DNA of 64,000 bases from an uncultured delta proteobacterium (GTDB lineage Bacteria; Desulfobacterota; Binatia; UBA9968): assembly GCA_963804165.1 (NCBI GenBank), contig CAWDPO010000035.1, positions 96,001-160,000 on the forward strand, given 5' to 3'. Of the stretch, positions 1 to 9,802 are shown in pieces. The notes beneath the pieces are model-generated. The model ran no database searches and had not been told where the DNA came from. It was given only the letters and a program-made list of their open reading frames with translations. Made by a program: the position numbers and the translations under genes. How positions within the stretch are numbered: the stretch's first letter is position 1; each line of letters begins with the position of its first letter.

Positions 1-412
1 GTCCGAGATACGCGTAGATGACACCGTTGGCTTCGTGGGTCGGGTAAGCCGTGTGGCGCACCTTCTTGCGGAAGTCGCTGTCGGTCGGCTCCGCGGGAGT
101 TTCGAGGACGTTTCCCTCGACGTCGTATTTCCAGCCGTGATACACGCAGCGCAAGCCGCATTCTTCGTTGCGTCCGAAGAAAAGTGACGTGCCCCGGTGG
201 GCGCAGTGCTCGCCGATCAGACCGATGCGTCCTTGACTGTCGCGGAAGGCGACCAACTCTTCGCCCAATAGTTTCACCCGCACCGGCGGACAGTCGGAGG
301 CGGGAATTTCTTCCGAGAGCAACGCCGGAACCCAGTAGCGCCGGATCAGATTGCCCATCGGCGTTCCTTGGTTGGTTTGCGTGGCTAATTCGTTATCTTC
401 TCTCGATAGCAT
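1..412 (-). CDS. Rieske 2Fe-2S oxygenase alpha subunit, phthalate 4,5-dioxygenase-like (runs off window start)
   Basis: Manual translation MLSREDNELATQTNQGTPMGNLIRRYW... contains the Rieske motif CAH-x-CVYH (EHCAHRGTSLFFGRNEECGLRCVYHGWKYD); GAGGAG RBS upstream; not in ORF track. Confidence 0.9.
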   Translation of the reverse strand, partial: MLSREDNELATQTNQGTPMGNLIRRYWVPALLSEEIPASDCPPVRVKLLGEELVAFRDSQGRIGLIGEHCAHRGTSLFFGRNEECGLRCVYHGWKYDVEGNVLETPAEPTDSDFRKKVRHTAYPTHEANGVIYAYLG

Positions 413-433
413 GCAAGACTCCTCGCCAATTCA

Positions 434-460
434 TTCAAGGTTCAAAACGTTCAAGCCGTC
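434..460. repeat. Short GTTCAA-NNN (~9-bp period) tandem repeat
   Basis: ttcaagg ttcaaaacg ttcaagccg; same family at 3955 and 50623. Confidence 0.55.
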
Positions 461-468
461 AGGATCGA

Positions 469-1440
469 TCAGGTATCGAGTGTGCCCGCGGCGAAGATTT
501 CGGCATAGGATGGCGCCGTGCGGATCATGCCTTGTTCGACATTATACTTGAGAAAGGCGTCGATGGTCGTCTTGTTCACCTTGATGCCGTGCTTCCACGG
601 ATCGCTCCAGGCTGCCATTTGTTCTTTCATGCGCTCTCTCAGGTACACGACGGAAAAGCCGCCGCGATCGCTCAAGATGTCGTCATAGGCGATCTGTTTC
701 GCTTTCTCAAACGCCGCGTAAAGTTTCGCCGCGAGCTCGGGGCGCTCCTGGTCGAGTTTGCGGCTCATGACGATCATATGCACCGGAGTGAAGATACCGG
801 TATCGCGGTAGAGTTTTTGGTCTTCTTCGAGATAGTTGGGAAATAGACGCTTGATTTTAGAATTACTTTCGAGGTTCTCGAACATCTTAGTGTCGGAGAT
901 GTCCGTGATGATCGCGTCCAGTTCGCCGGCGATCAATCGTTGCGACATATTCTTGGATTCGTCGACGTACTCGATCTTAACGTTGGTGTCGTGGACGGGA
1001 AAAACTTCCTTCGCTTGCAGCACCCATTGAACGTTGGAAAAGTCGACGCCGTAGCGTTCGCGCAGCAAACCTCTTGTCCAGACGGTGAGCGCGGTTCGAT
1101 AGGTGCGCGACCCGATACGTTTGCCTGCGAGATCCTTGGGTGCGCGGATACCGGCATCGGCGTGACAGAAGATCAGTTGATAGGCTGGCTTGCGCTTGGA
1201 GAACACCGGCAGGCCCGTAATTTTCCAGCCAGCCTCGATGGCCGGCAGGAAGTAACCGATATTCAGATCCATCAAGCCGAAGTCGCCGGTTACCATCTTG
1301 GGATCTTCTTTATTGACCATCGACGACGATTTGACCGGCTTCAGCTTGACGCCGTCGATGGGAACGCGGCCCTCGAGGAGCGGCATGGTAATGTCGTAGC
1401 GCATTACCGGAAATTCGATTTCCAGGTTTTCGGTGCTCAT
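469..1440 (-). CDS. 4,5-dihydroxyphthalate decarboxylase-like protein (periplasmic-binding-protein fold)
   Basis: YDITMPLLEGRVPIDG, LPVF, DLAGKRIG, ALTVWTRGLL and TGIFTPVHMIV match this family; no signal peptide; directly upstream of the Rieske gene on the same strand. Confidence 0.75.
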   Translation of the reverse strand: MSTENLEIEFPVMRYDITMPLLEGRVPIDGVKLKPVKSSSMVNKEDPKMVTGDFGLMDLNIGYFLPAIEAGWKITGLPVFSKRKPAYQLIFCHADAGIRAPKDLAGKRIGSRTYRTALTVWTRGLLRERYGVDFSNVQWVLQAKEVFPVHDTNVKIEYVDESKNMSQRLIAGELDAIITDISDTKMFENLESNSKIKRLFPNYLEEDQKLYRDTGIFTPVHMIVMSRKLDQERPELAAKLYAAFEKAKQIAYDDILSDRGGFSVVYLRERMKEQMAAWSDPWKHGIKVNKTTIDAFLKYNVEQGMIRTAPSYAEIFAAGTLDT

Positions 1441-1731
1441 GGCTTCACGCTAATCCAATTACATTTCAGCAACCGTACAATTGCAAGTCCCGGCCTTTGC
1501 TGTCAAGCGATGCGCGGGCCAAAATACTCGATGCACAACCGCTCTCGGGCCCTGGATCCGGCACGCGGCCAGAGAATCTACACAGCGACATCTGGGAGTA
1601 CTCTCACGATCAAAATACAAGTTTCAAACCCATGCCGTGGGCCGCGTCGGCAGCTTCGCGATCGAGAGTCTCGAGATCGAGAGCAATCCGAATCGTCTGT
1701 CATGGCGCGCCATTCAGCGGGGCTGAGCAAG

Positions 1732-2892
1732 TCAATCCGTCCGTAAACTCCCGGTCGCCGGCGACCCCAGTCCGGAAATCCTCTCCGCGAGATGATTCGG
1801 CTGACCGTGTTGTTTGGAAAAGAGCCGATCAATTTCTGCGTCGCTGACTTCGGCGAGAGTCGCCGGTCGCCACTGCGGTTTGTGGTCTTTATCGATAAGT
1901 CTTGCTCGCACGCCTTCGCGGAAATCGGAACGAACGCAAAAGTTTAATGAAATATCCAATTCGCGCTGGAACGCATCTTCCAGAGCCAAGTTTTTGCCTT
2001 CCGTCAGCTGTTTAAAGATTGCCTTGGCGGAAGTTGGTGAGCCGCCCAAGTAACTTTGAATTGCATGTCGCATCCATTCGTCGGAACCCTTCCAGGAACG
2101 TAAAGCGGCATCGATCGCTTCAATCGTCGAGTGATTCGTCAAGTGATTGATGGTGCTGAGACGTTGCATAAGTTCCGAACTGGTGTCGGTCTCGGCAAAC
2201 GATTTGACATAGCCGCACAAGGTCTCTCGATTAGTGCGCTTATCGCCAACCCAATTAAGCTGGTTCATTCCGGCCAAGAATTCAGACTTTTTGTCAGCGC
2301 GTATCAAACCGTCGGCCATGCCGATGGCGACCGCGTCGGCGCCGTTGATGCGTGCTCCGGTCAAAGCGAGGAACAGGCCCATTCCATCGGGCATGCGATT
2401 TAGAAAGTAAGTTGCACCGACATCGGGGTAAAGACCTAGGGCGATCTCGGGCATCGCCAACGTCGTGCGCTCGGTTACGATACGGAATAAAGCGCCATTC
2501 ATGATGCCAACACCACCGCCCATTGTGACGCCGTCCGCCCAGCAGAGGGTCGGTTTGGGATAAACGTGAATCAGATAATCCACGAAGTATTCCGTCGCGA
2601 AGAAATCGGTCGCGATCTGCATCCCGGATTTTTCGTTCAACAGATTAACCAACGCTTTAACGTCGCCGCCGGCGCAAAATGCTTTGTCCGAGTTGGCATG
2701 GATGACGACGCATGCAATGTCGGCCTCGGTCCGCCAGGCGAGCAATTGTTTTTCCATTGCGTGGAATGTTTGGAGCGTCACAGCGTTGAGCGCTTGCGGG
2801 TTGTTCAACTCGATAACCCCGATCGCGTACCGTCCGGCTTTTTTTGCCAAAAAATTGGCGGTCGTAGTGGGGTCAAGTTTTGCAGTCGTCAT
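1732..2892 (-). CDS. Enoyl-CoA hydratase/isomerase family, 3-hydroxyisobutyryl-CoA hydrolase-like
   Basis: [46 protein letters not shown] motifs; start chosen at MTTAK. Confidence 0.88.
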   Translation of the reverse strand: MTTAKLDPTTTANFLAKKAGRYAIGVIELNNPQALNAVTLQTFHAMEKQLLAWRTEADIACVVIHANSDKAFCAGGDVKALVNLLNEKSGMQIATDFFATEYFVDYLIHVYPKPTLCWADGVTMGGGVGIMNGALFRIVTERTTLAMPEIALGLYPDVGATYFLNRMPDGMGLFLALTGARINGADAVAIGMADGLIRADKKSEFLAGMNQLNWVGDKRTNRETLCGYVKSFAETDTSSELMQRLSTINHLTNHSTIEAIDAALRSWKGSDEWMRHAIQSYLGGSPTSAKAIFKQLTEGKNLALEDAFQRELDISLNFCVRSDFREGVRARLIDKDHKPQWRPATLAEVSDAEIDRLFSKQHGQPNHLAERISGLGSPATGSLRTD

Positions 2893-3047
2893 AGGTATGA
2901 TCCCGACTGACCGGGGCACAAAAATGTAAACCGTTGACAACGGTCGCTAGCCACGTTTGTTCGGCAACTTGCCTGCTTGCCTTCTGATATCAAGCCAATC
3001 CCACGAAATATCAATATGTTGGCGAATTGTGCCTGAGTCTTGTAAAC

Positions 3048-3063
3048 TGGCATGTCGATTGCT
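3048..3063 (+). promoter_or_regulatory. Sigma-54 -24/-12 promoter candidate
   Basis: TGGCAT-GTCGA-TTGCT fits TGGCAC-N5-TTGC spacing, about 47 nt upstream of the ATG at 3110. Confidence 0.6.
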
Positions 3064-3109
3064 CCCTTCAGCGGGCATCGTATTGCAAGTAATCGACAGA
3101 GAGGGACAA

Positions 3110-3310
3110 ATGGAATCACTCACCAGTACCGATTCTTACGACATCCAGTATGAAAAGGAAATCTTCCGCGCCGCCGTCTGTAATCGCTGTGGCGCCAGAA
3201 TGTTTCCCGCCGAGTTGCTCGAAGCGCACATGGATCGTCATGAATTGAAAGACATGTATCTCCAGAGCGAACTGAAAAAACTTCAATTCGCCATGAACCG
3301 GATGAGATAA
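3110..3310 (+). CDS. 66-aa protein with a C2H2 zinc-finger motif
   Basis: MESLTST...VCNRCGARMFPAELLEAHMDRHELK = C-x2-C-x12-H-x3-H; GAGGG RBS; sigma-54 motif upstream. Confidence 0.7.
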   Translation: MESLTSTDSYDIQYEKEIFRAAVCNRCGARMFPAELLEAHMDRHELKDMYLQSELKKLQFAMNRMR

Positions 3311-3541
3311 ATATTTTTTTGTTTGCCGGATATTCGCCAGCAAAAAGGTGTGCCCGAGCGCGAGCATGGACTCCCTCCTCGGTTCATGTTTGACGCTATC
3401 ACCCAGGGTGTCCCCGCAAGGGGACACCCCTCCCCTAAAATAAGATCTCCCATTTGCATTGCGATCGTTTACTCTCGACTATCCTCGATTTGATATCCTC
3501 ACACTCCCTTGTTTGCGAATTCGTCGGGCAAGGAAACAATT

Positions 3542-3938
3542 TTGAAAGCTGTTCGAATGCACGGCTACGGCGGCGTGGAGCCAACTCTTCTACGAGGGCA
3601 ACCACGGCGTAGACGTCGTGCTCGACTGCGTCGGCGGCGAAGTCTGGCAGAAGAGCCTCGCGTCTTTGACGCGCGGCGGAAGGCTAGTGACTTGCGGCGC
3701 GACGGCGGGTGGACAACCGATCGACGACATCGAGGCGATCTATTCCAAGGAACTGAAAATCTACGGCTCGACTCTCGGCAGTCGAGAGGAATTCCGTTTG
3801 CTGATCAGCTTCATGAACGCGACCGGCATCAAGCCTATCATCGATACGGTTTTCCCGCTAAACGAAGGCGCCAGGGCGCAGCGCTACGTCGAAGAGGCGA
3901 GACAGTTCGGTAAGGTTGTCTTGAGCATACCGGACTGA
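3542..3938 (+). pseudogene. Zinc-binding dehydrogenase/quinone oxidoreductase (MDR) remnant with large internal deletion
   Basis: N-terminal MKAVRMHGYGGVE joins almost directly to C-terminal GVDVVLDCVGG...GGRLVTCGATAG...FGKVVL; GroES and most of the Rossmann part are missing. Confidence 0.7.
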
Positions 3939-3954
3939 TTTTCGTGCGGGGCAT

Positions 3955-3995
3955 CGTTCAAAAAGTTCAAGCCGTTCAAATCGTTCAAACCGTTT
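3955..3995. repeat. 9-bp-period tandem repeat (CGTTCAAAN)
   Basis: cgttcaaaa agttcaagc cgttcaaat cgttcaaac cgttt, between convergent genes. Confidence 0.7.
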
Positions 3996-4064
3996 GGTTC
4001 GCGTAATAACGTCGAACAGTCGGCTGCTCCAATCTATTCTTCGGATCGGATCATACCTTCCACG

Positions 4065-5027
4065 CTAACCGAGCAAGCCGCGTCGGTTGAGCGCTTCCGC
4101 GCACTCTTCGAGCGTGCGCCGTTGATCCAGCGCGGCCAAGCGCAGGACGACGGTGCGCGCGCCCGCCTCGAGGTATTTCACGATCCAATCGAGCACCTCA
4201 TCCCAGGTTCCCGTGACGCACAGCATCGAGTTTGCGATGGCCTCGTAAGAGCGGTTGTAGTAGCGCGCGAGAAAAGTTTGCCCTTCGACGACGGCGTCTT
4301 TGCCGCCGGCCGCGAGCGTGAAATAGATACCTGCTTGCAGGGCGTCGGGATTGCGGCCGGCAGCGGCGGCGTAGGTGCGAATTTTCTCCCAGCATTCGGC
4401 GAAGACATCGGGGCTCTTGATGTTGTTGATCCAGGCGTCGCCGAGGCGGCCGACGCGCTTCAGACCGGGTTCGACGTCGTTCGCAGCGAGCCAGATCGGC
4501 ACACCGCTCGCTTGCACCGGCTTCGGTTCGATGGTGACATGATCGAAGCGCGTGAAGTTGCCTTCGTAAGTAACGTCGTCCTCGCGCCAAAGACGGCGCA
4601 TGACGTGAATAATTTCTTCGCTCATCTTCATCCGAGCGCCGGGATCCAGGCCGAGGATTTTAAACTCATGCTCCTGAGTCGGCTCACCGCGCCGGCCGAA
4701 ACCAATGCCGAGATCCAGACGTCCGCCGCTGATCCAGTCGAGACTGGCGAGCTGATAGGCGAGCAGGACCGGATGGCGCAGCGCGGCGAGAAAAATCGCC
4801 GTACCCAAGCGCACTCTACGGGTGCGCGCGCTGACCGCGGCCAGGGTGGTTAGGGCGTCAACACGACGCCGCGCCGTCAAGCTGTCGCCGACCCACAGTG
4901 AATGAAATCCTAAAGCCTCGGCGCGCTCTGCCAAGTCAAAGAATCTCTCCGGATCGGCCCGGCCAGACATCACGGCGTCTCGCGTCGGCAACAACACGCC
5001 GAATCTGGCTTGCTGAGTTTCGGACAT
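4065..5027 (-). CDS. LLM-class (luciferase-like) flavin-dependent oxidoreductase
   Basis: AERAEALGFHSLWVGDS, RTRRVRLGTA, LDWISGGRLDLGIG, PKPVQ...PIWLA. Confidence 0.9.
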   Translation of the reverse strand: MSETQQARFGVLLPTRDAVMSGRADPERFFDLAERAEALGFHSLWVGDSLTARRRVDALTTLAAVSARTRRVRLGTAIFLAALRHPVLLAYQLASLDWISGGRLDLGIGFGRRGEPTQEHEFKILGLDPGARMKMSEEIIHVMRRLWREDDVTYEGNFTRFDHVTIEPKPVQASGVPIWLAANDVEPGLKRVGRLGDAWINNIKSPDVFAECWEKIRTYAAAAGRNPDALQAGIYFTLAAGGKDAVVEGQTFLARYYNRSYEAIANSMLCVTGTWDEVLDWIVKYLEAGARTVVLRLAALDQRRTLEECAEALNRRGLLG

Positions 5028-5208
5028 GGACATTTCCTCATTCATTTGGCGATTAGAGACCGATAGCAAGTCGCTGCCGCAAGTTCCAGCGAATAACTGA
5101 TCGGGCGGTTGCGCAGAAGGGAACCGATTGACTTCAGCCGGAGGCTTTCCTATCGTCGGCGCGGATCGCAAATAGGAGTCAATCAAAATTCGATTGTTGA
5201 GGTTAACG

Positions 5209-6210
5209 ATGAAAATTTACCTAACGCTGTTGACCGCGCTGCTATTTCTGATGCCGGGCAACTTGATGGCGGCGAGCGCGCCGAGCGCCGACGGCGAAAA
5301 GCTCAATGTCTGCTATTCCTCCATCGCCGCGACGTCGATCACCACCTGGGTGCCGTACGAAGCCGGGATTTACAAAAAATACGGTCTCGATGTCAGCATC
5401 ATTTACGTCGCGGGAGCTCAGGCAATTACCACATTGATTTCCGGCGACACGCAAATCGTCCAAGGATCGGGCGCGGCGGCAGCGCTGTCGCGCTTATCGG
5501 GCTCGGATGCAACGGTCATTGGCACGACGATCAACGTGATTCCGATGAGCCTGGTGACAACGCCCGACATCGCGACCGCGCAAGATCTTAAAGGGAAAAC
5601 CTTTGGCGTGAGCCGATTCGGATCGCTCACCGATTTGGGGCTGAGAAAAGCGGTAGCCGAATTGGGTCTGGATCCGAATAAGGACATCAAGATGATTCAA
5701 ACCGGCGGCGTGCCGGAGATACTCTTGTTCATGCAACAGGGCGTGATTAAAGGCGGGCTGATCTCTTCGCCGACGCTCGAAAAGGCCAAGGAGTTTGGCT
5801 ACAAAGAGTTCATGAACTTGAGCGAGATGAAATTTCGCTATCCCGGAACTGCGCTGGTGACGACAGATTCGTTCATCCGTACCCGGCCGCAAACGGTCAG
5901 TCGCTTTCTCAAGGCGACCCTGGAAGGAATAAAATATGCCAAGGCCAATCCAGACTTTACAGTTAGAGTTCTCGGTAAGTACACGCGCAACACGGACACA
6001 AAGCTGCTCATGAGCGCGTTCAAGAGTTACGTGCTCGGATATATCCGCAACGTTCCCACGGTGACGCTACCGGAGATGGAAGCGGTCATGGAAGACATCG
6101 CGACGCGAAATCCGAAGGCGAAAGGCATCGATGCGCGGCAGTTCTACGATCCTGCGCCTTTGGAGCAATTGGCAAAGGAAGGGTTTATCAAAGAGCTGTA
6201 TCCTCGGTAA
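5209..6210 (+). CDS. ABC-type solute-binding protein, NMT1/SsuA/THI5 family
   Basis: Signal peptide; GIYKKYGLDV, DLKGKTFGVSRFGSLTD, RFLKATLEG. Confidence 0.88.
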   Translation: MKIYLTLLTALLFLMPGNLMAASAPSADGEKLNVCYSSIAATSITTWVPYEAGIYKKYGLDVSIIYVAGAQAITTLISGDTQIVQGSGAAAALSRLSGSDATVIGTTINVIPMSLVTTPDIATAQDLKGKTFGVSRFGSLTDLGLRKAVAELGLDPNKDIKMIQTGGVPEILLFMQQGVIKGGLISSPTLEKAKEFGYKEFMNLSEMKFRYPGTALVTTDSFIRTRPQTVSRFLKATLEGIKYAKANPDFTVRVLGKYTRNTDTKLLMSAFKSYVLGYIRNVPTVTLPEMEAVMEDIATRNPKAKGIDARQFYDPAPLEQLAKEGFIKELYPR

Positions 6211-6549
6211 AAGGCTCCGTTGTCGGGCGCAAGGCTATTTCCCACTTATCTTGGCGCTGTCACGCAGTGCCATTTGCCCTTTTGGGCGAGGAGTCGATGG
6301 CGTTACCGAGGATGCGCGCGGCTTCCTGCGGCGCGTGAAAGCCGAGCTCGTCTTCAGGAATTTTGTGGCAGGTTTGGCAGGCGCGATTGATGTTAATAAC
6401 GGACTGCGCGCGTCATCGTGGGGGCGTAATAGGTTGGGGCCGCTAAGCCAGAGCAGGACTGCCCGGGAGCACCCGAAACACTGGCAACGGCCGCAAAATC
6501 GAACCCAGCAGAGTGGACTCGGAAGGCGTTCTGTTGGGAACTTTAATTC

Positions 6550-6578
6550 TTGACAACAAAATTCACGTCAATTACATT
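6550..6578 (+). promoter_or_regulatory. Sigma-70 promoter (TTGACA-N17-TACATT), probably giving a leaderless mRNA
   Basis: Perfect -35 at 6550-6555 and -10 at 6573-6578, 8 nt before the ATG at 6587; no SD. Confidence 0.6.
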
Positions 6579-6586
6579 CCCTCGCC

Positions 6587-6805
6587 ATGCGCAATTATAA
6601 GAGTTATCAGATCGATGGCATGGCGATTCCGGACGCAAAAACCGGATGGTACGCGCGTGGTCTCGTCTTCGATGCTCGGCGCGAGACTTTAACCGAGATT
6701 AAGCGGCTTGAGTGTCGCGACCTACGTTTCAGCACAAAAAGTAAAGCGAACAAAATGGCACTAGAGCTGTGCAAGGCATGGCTCAATGGAGCCCTAGATC
6801 ATTGA
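6587..6805 (+). CDS. Small hypothetical protein (72 aa)
   Basis: ATG ORF with adjacent promoter; pattern YKSYQI...W...FSTKSKANKMALELCKAWL. Confidence 0.6.
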   Translation: MRNYKSYQIDGMAIPDAKTGWYARGLVFDARRETLTEIKRLECRDLRFSTKSKANKMALELCKAWLNGALDH

Positions 6806-6940
6806 TAACAGCGTACGTCAAATTGATTTTCAGTGGCGACGCGCCGGCTGTTGTTCCCAAACCTGAGAATGAATTCCCGTGGCATGCAGCGCTGGATGCT
6901 GGGGTGGCTTAATCGCGATTTGCAAAATAGGCAAGGAGCT

Positions 6941-7330
6941 TTAGAGGTCGTACACCGGTGTGTGGATCGCCACATGTTCGCCGCGGGCGATGGCGCTGAC
7001 GATATCGGCGCGGCTGACGATGCCGACGACTTCGTCGTCGTGCATCACCGGCACGCGTTTGATTTTGTGCGTGGTCATGAGCTGCGCGATCTCTTCCACC
7101 GCCGTCTCTTCCTGCACGCTGATGATTTTTTTGCTCATGATCGCTCTGACGTCTTTGCCCTTCTTACCGACGATGTCGGCTTCCGAAACGACGCCGATGA
7201 TCCTGCCGTTTTTGCCGGTAACGGGGGCGCCGCTGATTTGATTCTTGATCAACGTCATTGCGAGCTTTTTGATCGTCATCGTCGGCTCGACCGTGATGAT
7301 GTCTTTGGTCATGATATCTTTGGCAATCAT
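6941..7330 (-). CDS. CBS-domain pair protein
   Basis: AKDIMTKDIITV, ISGAPV, IGVVSEADI, IKRVPV, VGIVSRADI; GGAG RBS. Confidence 0.9.
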   Translation of the reverse strand: MIAKDIMTKDIITVEPTMTIKKLAMTLIKNQISGAPVTGKNGRIIGVVSEADIVGKKGKDVRAIMSKKIISVQEETAVEEIAQLMTTHKIKRVPVMHDDEVVGIVSRADIVSAIARGEHVAIHTPVYDL

Positions 7331-7575
7331 TTCGGAGTCCCTCCTATAGTCCTTTCTCCGCCACGGTCGCTGCAAGGTCGCCTACCCGGCAACTGTAGCC
7401 CCATTCGTTGTCATGCCAAGCCAAAACTTTGGCCATCTTTCCTTCGAGGACGACCGTCGATACACCATCGACGATCGAAGACGCTGAGTTACCACGAAAA
7501 TCGCTCGAAACCAAGGGTTCGTCGCAATACTCAAGGATCCCCCTCATCTTCCCATTGGCGGTCTTTTTCAGTGCG

Positions 7576-8895
7576 CTAGATGCAACCTTTCAGATCGCTG
7601 GTCAAATAGAGATAACGATTGCGAAACTCATCGGCGCTGCAAATTTGTTTCTCCGACGAGGCGGCCTGCGCGAGAAGCCTGACTTTTTCATTGTCGGTAA
7701 AGTCTTCTTTTTCCAACCGGATCATATATTCACGGGCGATCTTGTACGAAGGCGCATCGATGTCGACCACGCGCACGCGGGTTTTGCCGGTGGCCGGGTC
7801 CTGGAGTTTAGTGAAGTCTAGATAGTCGAGCTTGCCGTTGATCAACGCGACCAGCGCTCCGGTGAGCTGTTCGACTCTTTCCGGCGGATTCAGCAAAAAC
7901 TCAACGGCGCCGTAGCCCAGGGTGCGGACGTACTCGCAGTCGAAAGCGACCGGCGCAGCCGAGCGCAGCTCGTAACCGATATTCTTATGGACGACCGTGA
8001 TGGGCGCGCCACGAGCCGCAAAGCGATGCTCGACCAGGGTTTTCAAAATATAAGCCAGATCGACTTCGGCGAGCCGCAAGTGGCCATAGCTATCGTGCGT
8101 GATACGCACGCCCTCTATGCCTTCGAGCTCCGCAACGGGCATGTGTTCGAGCACGCCCTCGGCGATGATGGCCACGCCATCGAGGCGGTTCCAAAGCGCC
8201 GTTCGTTTGAGAATCGCGCTCTCGAGAATGTCGCAGACCGTGGTCATGCGTATCGGCCCGGGAAACTCTTCCGGGATCAAAGTCAGGGTCGCGCCGGTCG
8301 CTTTGCCGATGCCTAAAGCGAGATGGCCGGCGGATCGTCCCATGACGACGATAAAATACCATCGTCCCGTGGTCCGTGAATCTTCCATGAGGTTTTGTAC
8401 CAGCTCGCTGCCGAGCTGGCGCGCCGTTTCAAAACCGAATGTCGGTATTTCCCCGGGGAGCGGCAAGTCGTTGTCGATGGTCTTCGGCACGTGACAGACG
8501 CGGATGCGGCCGTTGGCGTGCTTGGCGACCTGGCTCGCCGCGAACATCGTGTCGTCGCCGCCAATGGTGGCCAGATAGCCGATGCCGAGTTGATCGAGTG
8601 TCGCCACGACGCGCCGCAAATCCTCGGCTTTCTTTGTTGGATTGGCCCGGGAAGTATTTAGAATCGAACCGCCCTGGAAATGAACCCGCGACACGTCGTC
8701 GTGGTCGAGCTCCTTAGTGTGCGCGGTGTCGCCGCGCATGAGCCACTGAAAACCATCGTAGATGCCGATAACTTTGCGGGCGCGATTGCGTGCCTCGAGA
8801 GTAACTGCGCTGATCACGCCGTTGATCCCGGGCGCCGGTCCGCCGCCAACCAAAATGCCAACGTTGTGATTTTGCCGGCTATGATCTTGCGCCAT
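7576..8895 (-). CDS. pfp: Pyrophosphate-dependent phosphofructokinase
   Basis: GGGPAPGIN, GGDD (PPi-type Asp), PKTIDND, MGRSAGHLA, GYELRS. Confidence 0.88.
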   Translation of the reverse strand: MAQDHSRQNHNVGILVGGGPAPGINGVISAVTLEARNRARKVIGIYDGFQWLMRGDTAHTKELDHDDVSRVHFQGGSILNTSRANPTKKAEDLRRVVATLDQLGIGYLATIGGDDTMFAASQVAKHANGRIRVCHVPKTIDNDLPLPGEIPTFGFETARQLGSELVQNLMEDSRTTGRWYFIVVMGRSAGHLALGIGKATGATLTLIPEEFPGPIRMTTVCDILESAILKRTALWNRLDGVAIIAEGVLEHMPVAELEGIEGVRITHDSYGHLRLAEVDLAYILKTLVEHRFAARGAPITVVHKNIGYELRSAAPVAFDCEYVRTLGYGAVEFLLNPPERVEQLTGALVALINGKLDYLDFTKLQDPATGKTRVRVVDIDAPSYKIAREYMIRLEKEDFTDNEKVRLLAQAASSEKQICSADEFRNRYLYLTSDLKGCI

Positions 8896-9368
8896 TTACA
8901 CCACCCTGGCTTGAGAGCTTAGTCTGGTTCGTTAGTACCGAGCTTAGCAATTTTTTGTGCGAATTCCATGCCGAAAAACTAACTTTCATTTTGTCACGGC
9001 GACTGGCCATTTCATGTCGGATTGATTTGAACAATGGGAAAAAAGTTCGACGATATCAGCTCAAATGCGCGACGGTGCTTTGTGTTCGCAGCTGGACACG
9101 ACCACTGCGCAGGACATCGTTGAGTAGAAAAAATAGTCTAAAGAGGTTTACCGATATCAGAAAGGAATCTGTTTGAACGTTCACGAAATATAGAAATACT
9201 GGACGCAAACCGACACGCGGAGTATACGCGTTCGCGCAAACGGCTACGAAAGGAGAAGGTCATGGAAGAATACGTAGATATCAATGCCCATGTTCGATAG
9301 GACGAGAGTCGCCGAGGGCCCATCACCGGTGGAGAAGCTGCTCAATGAGTTTGAAAACTCGGCCGTAA

Positions 9369-9794
9369 TCAATCGTCGTCGTGATCGTGGCGCACGGGAG
9401 CGCGCAAGAGTTTCTTTTCCCCGTGGTGCTGCTTGTCCTCGAGCAGGCGAAGCTTCGCGCGCCGCGAGCGTTTTCTTTTCTGACGGCGGATCTTGGCGAT
9501 CCGCTGCTCCTCTTCGCTGGCCGCTCCTCTGATCGCCGTCTCGATCTTGTCTATTAAAAGCCTTCGCGCCAGAAACCGGTTAAGCGCCTGGGAGCGCTCC
9601 TGCTGGCACTTGATCCGAATCCCGGTGGGGCGATGATGAAGCAGCACGCAACTCGAAACCTTATTGACGTTCTGGCCGCCCGCCCCGGAGGATCGGACGA
9701 ATTGCTCTTCGATGTCCTGCTCGCGTATGCCCAACGCGCGCATGCGTTCGTGCAGCTGTTTTTCTTTTATGGAAGAAACCGGGAACGGTGCCAT
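9369..9794 (-). CDS. GGQ peptidyl-tRNA hydrolase / ribosome-rescue factor (ArfB/C12orf65-like)
   Basis: [27 protein letters not shown] and a basic C-terminal tail ([14 protein letters not shown]). Confidence 0.88.
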   Translation of the reverse strand: MAPFPVSSIKEKQLHERMRALGIREQDIEEQFVRSSGAGGQNVNKVSSCVLLHHRPTGIRIKCQQERSQALNRFLARRLLIDKIETAIRGAASEEEQRIAKIRRQKRKRSRRAKLRLLEDKQHHGEKKLLRAPVRHDHDDD

Positions 9795-9802
9795 GGCGCG
9801 AC

